DNA of 64,000 nt from an uncultured delta proteobacterium (GCA_963808235.1 CAWEEQ010000004.1:3392001-3456000), one strand, 5' to 3'; numbered from the stretch's first letter, positions 48,905-58,468 are shown. Numbers and translations: made by a program. Notes: generated from the letters alone by a model not told the origin.

Positions 48905-49405
48905 ATGATGCTCTACATACTGCGCCACGCCACCGCCGAAGAAGCGGCCTCGAGCGGCGACGACGGCGCGCGCAAGTTGTCCGAACGTTCCAAGGAAAAG
49001 ATGCGCGGGGCGGCCGCCGGGTTGCGCGCGATGGGTCTCAAGTTCGATACGATACTGACCAGCCCGCTCGCGCGCGCGACCGAAACCGCGGAACTCGTCG
49101 CCAGTGCGTACGACAACTCTCCGCCGCCGCAGGTGATGCCCGCGCTCGCCACCGGCATCGCCGCGACCGACGCGGTGTCGGCATTACGCGCTTTCGCCAA
49201 GCATGAAGAGGTGATGATCGTAGGCCACGAGCCGCAGCTAAGCGCGATCGCATCGATCCTGCTGACCGGCGCCAGCGACGTGGTTCATATGAAGCTCAAG
49301 ACCGGCGGATGCATCGCGATCGACCTGCCCGCACGCTTCGACCGCGGCGGCGGCGAACTGCGCTGGATCCTAACCCATCGCCAACTCCGCCAGATGCGCA
49401 AGTAG
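48905..49405 (+). CDS. sixA: Phosphohistidine phosphatase SixA
   Basis: LYILRHA, SPLARA.ETA, VGHEP. Confidence 0.9.
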   Translation: MMLYILRHATAEEAASSGDDGARKLSERSKEKMRGAAAGLRAMGLKFDTILTSPLARATETAELVASAYDNSPPPQVMPALATGIAATDAVSALRAFAKHEEVMIVGHEPQLSAIASILLTGASDVVHMKLKTGGCIAIDLPARFDRGGGELRWILTHRQLRQMRK

Positions 49406-49452
49406 CTCTCCCGCCCCGGCGGGAGTACACCGACTGTCCGCGGCTCGCGTGT

Positions 49453-49961
49453 CTATGACACCAAAGGGACCGAGCTAGTAAAAACTTTGAGCCACGTCCT
49501 ATCGGACACGGTAAGGCCGACCGGATCGCGATGGGCTAAAATCACAAATACGCCAGATAACCCGTCCCAGTGTTGCGGTTCCCCGTACTTTCACCTTAAT
49601 AGGCTTCCGCATTTCGCGCCCACCCCACTTTTTCAGAGACCAGAGCTTTTGCGCCCGTTGCATTTGTTGCAAGCGGTTGCAAGATTTTCCTCGCTGTTGG
49701 CCCCGCCGGTTGAAAAGGCTTCGACATGATCGATCACGCCCCATAGCTCGTCGAAGGAGCGGCGCGCCGTCCCGCGTGGCGTGGGCGAAGAAGTACGCCA
49801 GTGGCTCCATTCCATCCGGCGTTCGTCATCTCGCGTTCCAGCAACCGCAACACCGGCCCAAGATGACTGGCCGGTTACACCACCGGCAAATCCAACGGTC
49901 CGCGCCGGCACAATATGGAAAACTCGCGATCCTTCGGTATCAGCGGTCGTGACTTGCCCAT
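49453..49961 (-). pseudogene. HNH endonuclease with multiple frameshifts
   Basis: Stitched frames read RD.WICRWC...IDHVEAFSTGG.NSEENLATACNKCNGRKS; ends approximate. Confidence 0.7.
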
Positions 49962-50139
49962 CGATTACCCGGCTTTCTTTTCCATGCGATGAGTTCTGGC
50001 GGAAAGGCTTATAGCAGATTCCACGTTGCTGCGACTGTGGTAGTGGGCAAGAAATTGTTGGGCAAAGCCGGTGCGGGACATCTGCGCGGCGCGACTGTCG
50101 ACGCGCCGCACATCTGATGCGCGCGCGTGACGCCCCAAC

Positions 50140-50631
50140 CTATCCGCCTAAATCAACTTCCAGACTCTCGACGCGTACCCCTGCCTGCTCGAATCTGATC
50201 ACCAGCTGGCATCCACTCGTCTTGAGCGTCAGTGCGTATGCCCCCGGGCTCCGCTGCGTCGCACTTATCTGCTCGACCGTCTGGCCCTTCAGTGATGCGA
50301 GCGCCTTGTTCAGCTCCGCGAGCGACGCCGCCACCTCGCGGCCGCGCGGCGTCTTCATGAATAGCGCGTTGAGCGATAGCTCCGCGCCGGGCCCGAACAA
50401 TCGGCGCACGCGGCCGCTGGTCAGCGCGACCTCGACGATCGCGCCAAGCCGCGCCTGCAGATTGGCCGGCACCTCGAGCGTATCAATTGCAGTTTTGAGC
50501 GCGAGATAAACCTCGCGCGCCTCGGGGTCCGCGGTCGCGTCGAGGAAGGCCTGGATCTGCGGAATCAGGATGTCGTGCTGAAGACTATCGAGCGTTATCG
50601 ATTCGCCCGCAGGCGTGTCGTCGCTCGGCAT
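50140..50631 (-). CDS. Hypothetical protein, third gene of the sir-cysH operon
   Basis: 163-aa ORF starting 8 bp after cysH; host-like codon usage; ends in LGG. Confidence 0.75.
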   Translation of the reverse strand: MPSDDTPAGESITLDSLQHDILIPQIQAFLDATADPEAREVYLALKTAIDTLEVPANLQARLGAIVEVALTSGRVRRLFGPGAELSLNALFMKTPRGREVAASLAELNKALASLKGQTVEQISATQRSPGAYALTLKTSGCQLVIRFEQAGVRVESLEVDLGG

Positions 50632-50639
50632 CGATCAGC

Positions 50640-51470
50640 CTACGATTTCGTATGCCCGTCGCCGTTATTGCCGAGCAGCGCCGCCAGCTCATGCTCGAAA
50701 CCGCCGGTCTCGATCGCGCAGTGCATCCCGCATTCCTTGGGCGCGCCAGTCTCCCACCACCATCTGCCGTCGCGAGCTTCCTGGCCCTCGCCGACCGCCC
50801 GCGTGCATGGCGCGCATCCGATCGACTTGTAGCCCTTGTCGTAGAGCGCGTTATACGGCACGTCGTTGGCGCGGACGTAATCCCAGACCTCATCTTCCTG
50901 CCAATCAGCCAGCGGCGCGAGCTTCACGATACCGCCGTGATCGTGGTCTATTTCGATCTTCCGAATGTTTGACCGGGTCGCCCACTGATCGCGGCGCAGG
51001 CCCGTCACCCACGCGCTGTAATTCATCAGCGCACGGCGCAGCGGCAGCACCTTCCGAACCTGGCAGCACAGCAGGCGCAGGTTCACGTCTTTGTAAAAAA
51101 GATTGTTGCCGTGCTTGGTGACCATCTGTTGCACGACCGAGGTGTCGGGCATGAAGATCTCGACCTGGATTCCGTAGCGCTCGCGGTACTTGTCGATTAC
51201 GTCGTAGGTTTCCTGCGGCATCCGGCCCGTGTCGATCGTGAAAACCCGGATGTTCGGATCGATCTTGTGCGCCATGTCGATCAGCGCGCAGCCGTCAACC
51301 TGGAAGCTGCAGCAAATCGCGAGCTCTTTGCCGAACCGATCGATCGCCCACGCGAGCACTTCCTGCGGCTCCTTGTCGTCGAGCTCGACCGCGGCTTCGC
51401 CCGCTTCGAGTTCGTCCATGATAAGGCTCAGCTCGGGTTTTTCGAATTGCGCTTGCGGTGTTGCGGCCAT
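50640..51470 (-). CDS. cysH: APS/PAPS reductase, [4Fe-4S]-type
   Basis: IDTG, CC..RKV.PL, TGLRRDQ, SIGCAPCT, ECGMH. Confidence 0.93.
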   Translation of the reverse strand: MAATPQAQFEKPELSLIMDELEAGEAAVELDDKEPQEVLAWAIDRFGKELAICCSFQVDGCALIDMAHKIDPNIRVFTIDTGRMPQETYDVIDKYRERYGIQVEIFMPDTSVVQQMVTKHGNNLFYKDVNLRLLCCQVRKVLPLRRALMNYSAWVTGLRRDQWATRSNIRKIEIDHDHGGIVKLAPLADWQEDEVWDYVRANDVPYNALYDKGYKSIGCAPCTRAVGEGQEARDGRWWWETGAPKECGMHCAIETGGFEHELAALLGNNGDGHTKS

Positions 51471-51488
51471 GGCGAAGTCCTTGCGGGT

Positions 51489-53120
51489 TCAGGCGGCGGC
51501 ATCGGCGCCGGTTGCTACGTTTCCACTCGCGATCGAAATCAAGTCGTCATCGGAACTGCGCACGCAAAAGTGCGCGAACGTTTCATTGCTCTCGCGGCGT
51601 TCGAGATATGAGCCGAATAGCCGCGATACGTAATCCTCGACCATCGCGCTCGGCACCCGGCGCAGCACCGGCTTGCCGATGCCCGCGTCCTTGCCCAGTC
51701 CGCCGCGCAGGATAATGTCAAATGCCTCCAGCGGCTCGCCGTTGGGTCCGCGCCCGGTGGTGCCTTGCAAGCCGATATCGCCGGTCCAATGCTGCGCGCA
51801 CGCATGCGGGCATCCGTCGAGATTCACCTTGAGTCCGCCCACCTGCTCGCCAAACTGGTTCACCAGCCGCTCGATAATCGTCGCGAGCTTGGTCTTGGTC
51901 GGCGTGACGGCATAGTTGCAATGCGGATCGCCGATACATCCAATCGACGACGCATAGAGTCCGTTCGCGTTGAGCGGAAACCCGATCTCGCCGATTCTCG
52001 CGATCACCTCGTCGAGTCGCTCGCTCGGAATTCCGCTCACGATAAAATTCTGCCGCCGCGTCAGCCGGATATCGCCGCCGAACGTCGCCGCGACCGCCGC
52101 AATCGCGCGCATCTGCGCCCCACTCATCAAGCCGAGGTAAACCGGGAAGCCGACGTAGTGTTGCCCGGCCTGCTTCTGTTCGCTGATGCCCATGTGATCG
52201 CTGTCGGTCTCGGGAATCGGCATCGCGTCTAGGCTTTCCAGCGCATACCCAAGCTTCGCTTCGACCAGCCGGCGAAATTCCTCCGGCCCGTAATCGTCGA
52301 TCATGAACTTGAGCCGCGCCTTCACCCGCGAGATTCGGTACTCGGTGGTCCCCTTCCACACGTCGATAATCGCGCGCATCACCGGCATCGCCTGCTCGCG
52401 CGTGATGAAGACGCCGAGATGCCGCGACAAGCGCGGCGTCGACGATTGCCCTCCGCCGACGCGCACCGCGAAGCCCTCGCGCCCGTCCTTCACCATCCCG
52501 ACCAGCGCCACGCAATTGATCTCAGGCGCGTTGCACTGATGCTGGCACGCCGCGATCGTAATCTTGTGCTTGCGCGGCAAGTCCGAGTACTCGCGATTGC
52601 CGTAGAAAAATCCCGCCGCCTCGGCGACCAGCGGCGTCACGTCAAAGAGTTCTTCCTTATCGACGCCGGCCACCGGGCATCCGGTGATATTGCGCACCAC
52701 GTCGCCGCATCCGCCCATCGAGGTCAGCCCGACGCTTTTCAGCTTCTCGAGAATCTCCGGAAACTTGTCGAGCGTGATGTAATGAAGCTGGATATTTTGC
52801 CGCGTGGTCAGCTCACCCTGATCGCGTCCGTAAATCTCCGAGATTTCGCCGATCACCCGCAGCCCGTCGGCGCTCAGGATGCCGCTCGGAATCTTCACCC
52901 GCAGCATGAACGTGCCGATCTTCGGCTTGTCGTGATACATCCCGAACCACTGCAGCCGCACAATATCTTCCTCGGGAAGCTTTTCGTATGAGGTCGTCGC
53001 CAGCCGGTCCCATTGACCGGTCAGCTCGGTGGGAAAAAGCTCGTGCTTCAAGCGCTCGACTGAATTGCGCTTGCGCACCATTTCCCAGGATTGCGGTTCT
53101 TTTCTAGGCACTTGAATCAA
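51489..53120 (-). CDS. sir: Ferredoxin-type sulfite (nitrite/sulfite family) reductase
   Basis: TTRQNIQLH, LPRKHK, RARLKF-like motif, CIGDPHC and GCPHAC siroheme/Fe-S ligands; operonic with cysH. Confidence 0.88.
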   Translation of the reverse strand: MIQVPRKEPQSWEMVRKRNSVERLKHELFPTELTGQWDRLATTSYEKLPEEDIVRLQWFGMYHDKPKIGTFMLRVKIPSGILSADGLRVIGEISEIYGRDQGELTTRQNIQLHYITLDKFPEILEKLKSVGLTSMGGCGDVVRNITGCPVAGVDKEELFDVTPLVAEAAGFFYGNREYSDLPRKHKITIAACQHQCNAPEINCVALVGMVKDGREGFAVRVGGGQSSTPRLSRHLGVFITREQAMPVMRAIIDVWKGTTEYRISRVKARLKFMIDDYGPEEFRRLVEAKLGYALESLDAMPIPETDSDHMGISEQKQAGQHYVGFPVYLGLMSGAQMRAIAAVAATFGGDIRLTRRQNFIVSGIPSERLDEVIARIGEIGFPLNANGLYASSIGCIGDPHCNYAVTPTKTKLATIIERLVNQFGEQVGGLKVNLDGCPHACAQHWTGDIGLQGTTGRGPNGEPLEAFDIILRGGLGKDAGIGKPVLRRVPSAMVEDYVSRLFGSYLERRESNETFAHFCVRSSDDDLISIASGNVATGADAAA

Positions 53121-53161
53121 CTTCCGAAAGAAGTGGAACTCCCGGAACTGTAAAAGGTAAC

Positions 53162-53210
53162 TAAGATGAGTGACTTAGTCAATTAAGTAGATGACAAACC
53201 CGGTAGTCTA
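53162..53210. promoter_or_regulatory. Two tandem dyads, candidate Rrf2 operators
   Basis: TAAGATGAGTGACTTAGTCAATTA and TAGATGACAAACCCGGTAGTCTA in the divergent sir/rrf2 intergenic region. Confidence 0.5.
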
Positions 53211-53268
53211 TTTATTTTATAGCGCCGCCTTGATATAAATATTGGGAATTCCGAGAGAAACCAGAAAA

Positions 53269-53703
53269 ATGAAATTCGGCGTTGGCGTAGATTATTCCCT
53301 CAAGGCTCTCCTGATGCTGGCGGAGCGCTACCCCGGCACGCAGCCGGTGCGGGTCGAGGAAATCGCCGAGACTCAGGCCATCCCGGAGAACTACCTGCGC
53401 CGCCTCCTGATCGAGCTCAAACGCGGCGGCCTCGTCGCGAGCCAGAAGGGACCGAGCGGCGGCTACATGCTCGCCAAGCCGCCGGCGCGAATCACGATGG
53501 CCGACGTGATCGAGATCATCGAGGGCGACTACGCCCCGGTGGAATGCATCGAGGAGAGTTCCTCGTCGTGCCCGCGAGAGAATCCATGCCCGATGCGCGA
53601 CGTATGGCGCGAGGTGCGCGACTCGGTCAGCTCAATCCTGCGCGGCGTGACCCTCCAATCCCTATCCGAAAAGCGCAAACACGCAATCACCTTCAGCATC
53701 TAG
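53269..53703 (+). CDS. Rrf2 family transcriptional regulator (IscR/CymR-like, three Cys)
   Basis: IAETQAIPENYL, V.S.KGPSGGY.LAK, C-x7-C-x5-C. Confidence 0.92.
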   Translation: MKFGVGVDYSLKALLMLAERYPGTQPVRVEEIAETQAIPENYLRRLLIELKRGGLVASQKGPSGGYMLAKPPARITMADVIEIIEGDYAPVECIEESSSSCPRENPCPMRDVWREVRDSVSSILRGVTLQSLSEKRKHAITFSI

Positions 53704-53710
53704 CAGTCTA

Positions 53711-54076
53711 CTATTTCGCTTTGCTGACCAAATCCACTCCGTTGCCCGACGGGTCAACGAGGTTTGCCAGACCTCCCTTAGGGCCCCGCTGAATTTCGCC
53801 TTCGAGTTTGCCGCCCGCTTCGATTGCACGTTTGACCGCCTCGTCGATGTCATCGACGGTAAAGTCAAGATGGACCGGCGTCCAATGCCGTCGATAGTCG
53901 CGCGAGATTTCTCCCTGCACGCCTGCCGGAGTTTTCATTATCCAAAACGTCTGATCGCCCAGCTTTACCTGCGCCCAATCGGGATGATGTTCCGCGACCG
54001 TCAGGCCGAGCCCGCGCCCATAAAACTCAACTGCGCGATCCACGTCGTCAACGTCGATGCAAATTTGGAATTCCAT
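53711..54076 (-). CDS. VOC/glyoxalase family protein
   Basis: IDVDDVDRAVEFY, RHWTPVHLDF, DPSGNG. Confidence 0.88.
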   Translation of the reverse strand: MEFQICIDVDDVDRAVEFYGRGLGLTVAEHHPDWAQVKLGDQTFWIMKTPAGVQGEISRDYRRHWTPVHLDFTVDDIDEAVKRAIEAGGKLEGEIQRGPKGGLANLVDPSGNGVDLVSKAK

Positions 54077-54100
54077 GGCGTGCCTCCGTGGCGATCGCTT

Positions 54101-55084
54101 TTACACGTGCACCAAAACCTTCTCCCACAGCCGGCGGAACACCGCTTCGTCCATCCCCGTTCCCGAGAAGATGATCTGCGACAGGCCCCAGCTCTTCACC
54201 CGGCGCTTCAGCTCCACGACGCAGTCCTCCGGCGTGCCGATCAGCGCCATCGGCGACTGCAGCAATCCCTCCGGCGTCTGTTTGAATGCGGGCGCCATCA
54301 TCTCGGCCGTCTTGCGAGTCGCGTCGCGCGAGTCGGTGAGCATCGAAAAGAAGATGACGCTGCTGATCTTGACCGCGTCGGGCTTGCGCCCGTTGCGCTT
54401 CGCCTCCTCGCCCACGAAGGTGACCTTTTCACGGTAGGATTCATCGCTCAGGCGATTAAATTCCTCGAGCGAAATATGTCCCGCCTTTCCCGCGTCGGGA
54501 ATGATATTGAGGTAGTCCGCATGCTTGGCCGCGATGCGCAGCAGACCCTTGCCTCCGCCGCCCACAATTATCGGCGGCCGCGGCTTCTGCATCGGCTTGG
54601 GCCACAGTATCGCGTCTTTCAACTTGTAGAACTCGCCCTCGAAGGTCGTCCTCTCGTTGGCCCATAACGAACGGATGCAAGTGAGCGCCTCGTCGAGCAT
54701 CCGCAGTCGCTCGGTGATCGGCGGAAACGGAATTCCGGTCATCTTGAATTCAGTTTCTGTCCATCCGGAACCGAGTCCCGCAATCAGCCGTCCACCGCTC
54801 AAATGGTCGAGCGTGGTCAGGCTCTGCGCCGTGATCACCGGGTGCCGGAACAGGTTGCATAGCACCAGGTGCCCGACCCGGATTTTCTTGGTCGCCTCAA
54901 TAACCGCCGCCGCGATCGAGACCATGTCGTAGGCGAGCCCATGCGGATCGTATTGCCGCTCAGGCTGCTCGAGCACGATATGGTCCGGGAACATGACCAG
55001 GTCGAAGCCGAGCCCCTCGATCGTCTGGGCATAGGCGCGGAACTGGGCCGGTTCCATATTCCAAAGCTGAATTCCAAACTCCAT
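54101..55084 (-). CDS. LLM class (probably F420-dependent) oxidoreductase
   Basis: PDH, FRHP, LDHLSGGR, GLGSGW..E, PIIVGG. Confidence 0.88.
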   Translation of the reverse strand: MEFGIQLWNMEPAQFRAYAQTIEGLGFDLVMFPDHIVLEQPERQYDPHGLAYDMVSIAAAVIEATKKIRVGHLVLCNLFRHPVITAQSLTTLDHLSGGRLIAGLGSGWTETEFKMTGIPFPPITERLRMLDEALTCIRSLWANERTTFEGEFYKLKDAILWPKPMQKPRPPIIVGGGGKGLLRIAAKHADYLNIIPDAGKAGHISLEEFNRLSDESYREKVTFVGEEAKRNGRKPDAVKISSVIFFSMLTDSRDATRKTAEMMAPAFKQTPEGLLQSPMALIGTPEDCVVELKRRVKSWGLSQIIFSGTGMDEAVFRRLWEKVLVHV

Positions 55085-55515
55085 TTGAACCTCGCGAACG
55101 ATACTTGATTTCTGAGCCGGCTGAGACTAGCAAACCTGCCCGCGCTAACAGAAACCCCTTGATTACGCTCGCATCGCTGCGGATTTCACATTGCACGAAA
55201 TCGCGGCACACGCTGTTTCGTACGATGGCGCTAGTCATTGCAATTGCCGAAAATTGAAACAGTGCATTCGCGAACTTCCATAATTCTTCACACGTTTACG
55301 CGCTTAGTTGCTGCATCAGCGCGCAAGTCGTCCGGTGCCGTAGGGCGCCGCTGCCTGCGAAATCGTCAGCATGTGCATTAAAATTCATTGAACGGTTGAT
55401 TAAAGAGTGGTTATAGTATTACAGAGGATGGCCGAGGTTGGGATGAGGATGCGGTTTCGCCCTGCATACGCCCTGGGGTTCTGACGATGCCCGCGCGAAC
55501 TGCCAAAGGAGACTC

Positions 55516-56322
55516 ATGGCTCTAGGTGTCGCGCATGTACCGTCGCAAAAGAGTCTGAAACGACCTTCAATGCTAGCCGCCCTCGGGGAATTTCGGGTCC
55601 CGTTCGAGGCAACCGTCTTCTGGCTCGGCGCGCTCACCCACCCCTGGCCTCACGCCAACGCTGACAATCGCAAAGTTGTTCTGTTGATCCCCGGTTTCAT
55701 GGCCGGCGATGTAACCCTCGCCCCGATGGCGAACTTTTGCCGATGGCTCGGGCATCGCGTCGTCTTCGGCGGAATATGGTCCAATTCCGAGTGCCCGCGC
55801 GAAACGATGCGCAAGCTGACCGCCCGCCTGCTTCTCACTCATGAAAAATTCGACCAGCCGATCGTGGTGATCGGTCAGAGTCTTGGCGGCGTCTATGCGC
55901 GCGAGCTGGCTCGTGAAAATCCCGAAGCGATCGAACGGGTGATCTCGCTCGGCTCGCCGATCAGGACTCCGCGCGAGACCGCCAACTACGCCGTGCAGGC
56001 AGTCGCACGATCGATTGCGATGCTTCGCGGCCGGGCGGAAGGATGCCTCACCGAGTCATGCAAGTGCGGTCTGATCCTGAGCGACGACTCGCCGGGAGAG
56101 GTGCCGACCACGCACGTCTACTCGCGCACCGACGGAGTCGTGCACTGGCAGAGCTGCGTCGACGAAAGCGGCGCGCCCTCGGTCGAGAACGTTGAAGTGA
56201 TGGGCAGTCATGTCGGGATGGCGATCAGCTCCGACGTCTATCGCATCATCGCAGACCGCCTTGCGATGCCTCCGCGCCCCCCGCTCCACCTGGTCCGCCG
56301 CAAAGCCGCGTCAGCTATCTAA
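55516..56322 (+). CDS. Alpha/beta hydrolase (esterase/lipase)
   Basis: LIPGF, GQSLGG, LGSP, DGVV, SHVGM. Confidence 0.87.
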   Translation: MALGVAHVPSQKSLKRPSMLAALGEFRVPFEATVFWLGALTHPWPHANADNRKVVLLIPGFMAGDVTLAPMANFCRWLGHRVVFGGIWSNSECPRETMRKLTARLLLTHEKFDQPIVVIGQSLGGVYARELARENPEAIERVISLGSPIRTPRETANYAVQAVARSIAMLRGRAEGCLTESCKCGLILSDDSPGEVPTTHVYSRTDGVVHWQSCVDESGAPSVENVEVMGSHVGMAISSDVYRIIADRLAMPPRPPLHLVRRKAASAI

Positions 56323-56335
56323 CGCTCCTACAGCA

Positions 56336-56393
56336 TCTCCCTGACCGTTAAAAAGGGAGAGGCCGACGCTCGTCATAGAGCGGCGGGTGAGGG
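56336..56393 (+). repeat. REP-like palindrome, family A
   Basis: TCTCCC..GGGAGAGG-[hairpin]-GGGTGAGGG between convergent genes. Confidence 0.7.
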
Positions 56394-56443
56394 TCCGAAC
56401 CCAAAATTCCTCTCCACGCGATTGTTCCCCACGCGCCATCCGC

Positions 56444-57166
56444 TCACGCACGCCCATAAACCGGAATCACCGCGCCCGACGTGACCCGACAATCGTCCGA
56501 ACACAGATACGCAATCGTCTTCGCAATATCGCCCGGCTTCACCCAGTTCTCTTGCTTCGCCTTGGGCATCGCAGCGCGATTCGCTTCGGTGTCGATCGTG
56601 CTCGGCGCGATCGCGTTCACCAGCACTCCATCGCCAATCACTTCCTGCGCGAGCGACGCGGTAAACGTCGCGATTGCGCCCTTCGAAACTGCGTAGGCCG
56701 CGTAATCTCCGGCGCCCTGAAGTCCGCTTCGCGACGCAACCGATACGATCCGTCCCCACTTATTGCGCTGCATTATCGGCACCACCGCGCGGCAACATGT
56801 GAAGGTCGGTTTCAGATTCAGATCGAACATCGCCTGCCATTCGGCGAGCGTCGTCTCCGCGATCGATTTCCCGCCCCAGAATCCACCCACCAGGTTCACC
56901 AGGATATCGACCTTGCTCCACTTGGACGCGACATCCGCGACGAATTTCCCGATTTGCGCCTCGTCGCTAACGTCGGCTTTTTTCAACTGAATTTCCGACG
57001 CCGGAAAACGTTTCCCGAGTTGCTTCTTGACGATCGGCACTTCCGCATCGACGACGTACGGGACCGCGACTTTCGCGCCCGCGATCAGAAAATTCTCGAC
57101 CACCGCGCGCCCGAGCGCCCCGGTCCCGCCGGTGATTATCGCCACCCGATTTTCAAGCAACTGCAT
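56444..57166 (-). CDS. SDR family oxidoreductase
   Basis: TGGTGALG, YAVSK, VNAIAP. Confidence 0.92.
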   Translation of the reverse strand: MQLLENRVAIITGGTGALGRAVVENFLIAGAKVAVPYVVDAEVPIVKKQLGKRFPASEIQLKKADVSDEAQIGKFVADVASKWSKVDILVNLVGGFWGGKSIAETTLAEWQAMFDLNLKPTFTCCRAVVPIMQRNKWGRIVSVASRSGLQGAGDYAAYAVSKGAIATFTASLAQEVIGDGVLVNAIAPSTIDTEANRAAMPKAKQENWVKPGDIAKTIAYLCSDDCRVTSGAVIPVYGRA

Positions 57167-57175
57167 TTTGGATTG

Positions 57176-58234
57176 CTATTCCAAGGCCGCGCGACCCATC
57201 CGCTCATCGAACTCTTTGGCGACTTTCTCGTCGTTCGCCATCAACTGCTCGCTGTCGAGTTCCGCAAACGCCATCACGCCCATGCTGGAATATGCGCGGC
57301 GAATCTTCGGACCCCAAAGACCGATATTCTTGATCGTCGGTACGATTCGCGAGAACAGCCGCGACTGAAACTCGCGCATATCCGGCGACGCATCGACATA
57401 GGTGACGCATTCCTCGACCGGCAGACCAACCGCTTCCCACATCTCCTCGGAGCGAAAACGATCGCGCATCAGGTACGAGGCTTCCACGGCGAATTCCTCA
57501 CGCTCGTCGCGCTCCGCCTGTGTCAGTTGCGGATAGTAATCGCGCAGCGCCAGGCGTCCGAAGGCCACGTGCCGCGCTTCATCCTGCATCACGTACGCAT
57601 TCACGGCGGCAGCCAATGAATTTTTCGCCGTGTCGCGGATTCCGGCAAACGCGGCCAGCGCCAGGCCTTCGATAAGCACCTGCATCCCGAGATAAGTCAT
57701 GTCCCAGCGCGAATCGCTCAGCACGTCGTTCAGCAGGCGCTTGAGTGGCGGCGTGATCGGATATGCGAGATCGAATTTTTCGTGCAGCAGACGCGAATAG
57801 GTTTCGACGTGGCGCGCTTCATCCATCACCTGCGTCGCCGCATAAAACTTCGCATCGATGTTGGGCACCTGCTGGACGATTTTCGCGGTGCAAATCAACG
57901 CGCCCTGCTCGCCGTGCAGAAACTGCGATACCGACCAGGCTTGCGCGTGGCGGCGCAGGTTGGCCCTCTCCTGCCGGGTCATCTTGTTCCAGATATCGGA
58001 GCCAAAGATCGAGATGCTCTCGTCGGGAAGTTCCTGTGGATTTTCCGGATCGAGATCCTGTGACCAGTCGATTCGCGTCGAGGTGTTCCACTGAAGCCGC
58101 TTGCCCTTCTCGTAGAGCTTGCGGAGATCGTCCTTGCTCTCCTGGTATTCCCACTTGAAGACGGTGTCGAATTTGCCGGGCACCGCCCACTCGGCTTGCC
58201 CGCTCGGAACCGCGTAGCGCTCCTTGGTGGACAT
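57176..58234 (-). CDS. Ferritin-like diiron protein (AurF-related)
   Basis: QFLHGEQGA, two DEARH motifs, QVLIEGLA. Confidence 0.85.
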   Translation of the reverse strand: MSTKERYAVPSGQAEWAVPGKFDTVFKWEYQESKDDLRKLYEKGKRLQWNTSTRIDWSQDLDPENPQELPDESISIFGSDIWNKMTRQERANLRRHAQAWSVSQFLHGEQGALICTAKIVQQVPNIDAKFYAATQVMDEARHVETYSRLLHEKFDLAYPITPPLKRLLNDVLSDSRWDMTYLGMQVLIEGLALAAFAGIRDTAKNSLAAAVNAYVMQDEARHVAFGRLALRDYYPQLTQAERDEREEFAVEASYLMRDRFRSEEMWEAVGLPVEECVTYVDASPDMREFQSRLFSRIVPTIKNIGLWGPKIRRAYSSMGVMAFAELDSEQLMANDEKVAKEFDERMGRAALE

Positions 58235-58375
58235 TGACGGGACCTCCTCTCGAGCCGGTCCTCTTCCTGATTAGCCCGCCTCCGAGCGATGCGCAAACCA
58301 GTTCTGTCTCCGCCTCGGGAGAATAAAAAAAGGTTCGGTTCCCCTTCCCCTCTATGTCTCCTGAGTACCGAATTG

Positions 58376-58468
58376 CCCTCGCCCGCTCTGCGGGAGAGGG
58401 AACGGCGTCCGCGTCCCCGAGCTGCGGGGTGAGGGAGGGCCTCCAGGGAAGGGGTTAGGGGTTAGGTT
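58376..58468 (+). repeat. REP-like palindromes, family A (two units)
   Basis: CCCTCGCCCG..CGGGAGAGGG...GGGTGAGGG followed by GGGAAGGGGTTAGGGGTTAGG. Confidence 0.7.

Noticed and set aside
55252-55269. AATTGAAA-nnn-TGCATTC shared with 44631-44648
   Set aside because: Only two occurrences, both in AT-rich gaps; there is no 11-bp phasing at this site and the flanking genes are functionally unrelated.
58447-58468. Telomere-like TTAGGG repeats or G-quadruplex
   Set aside because: Only two imperfect units, explained as the tail of a REP-like element also seen near 60480.
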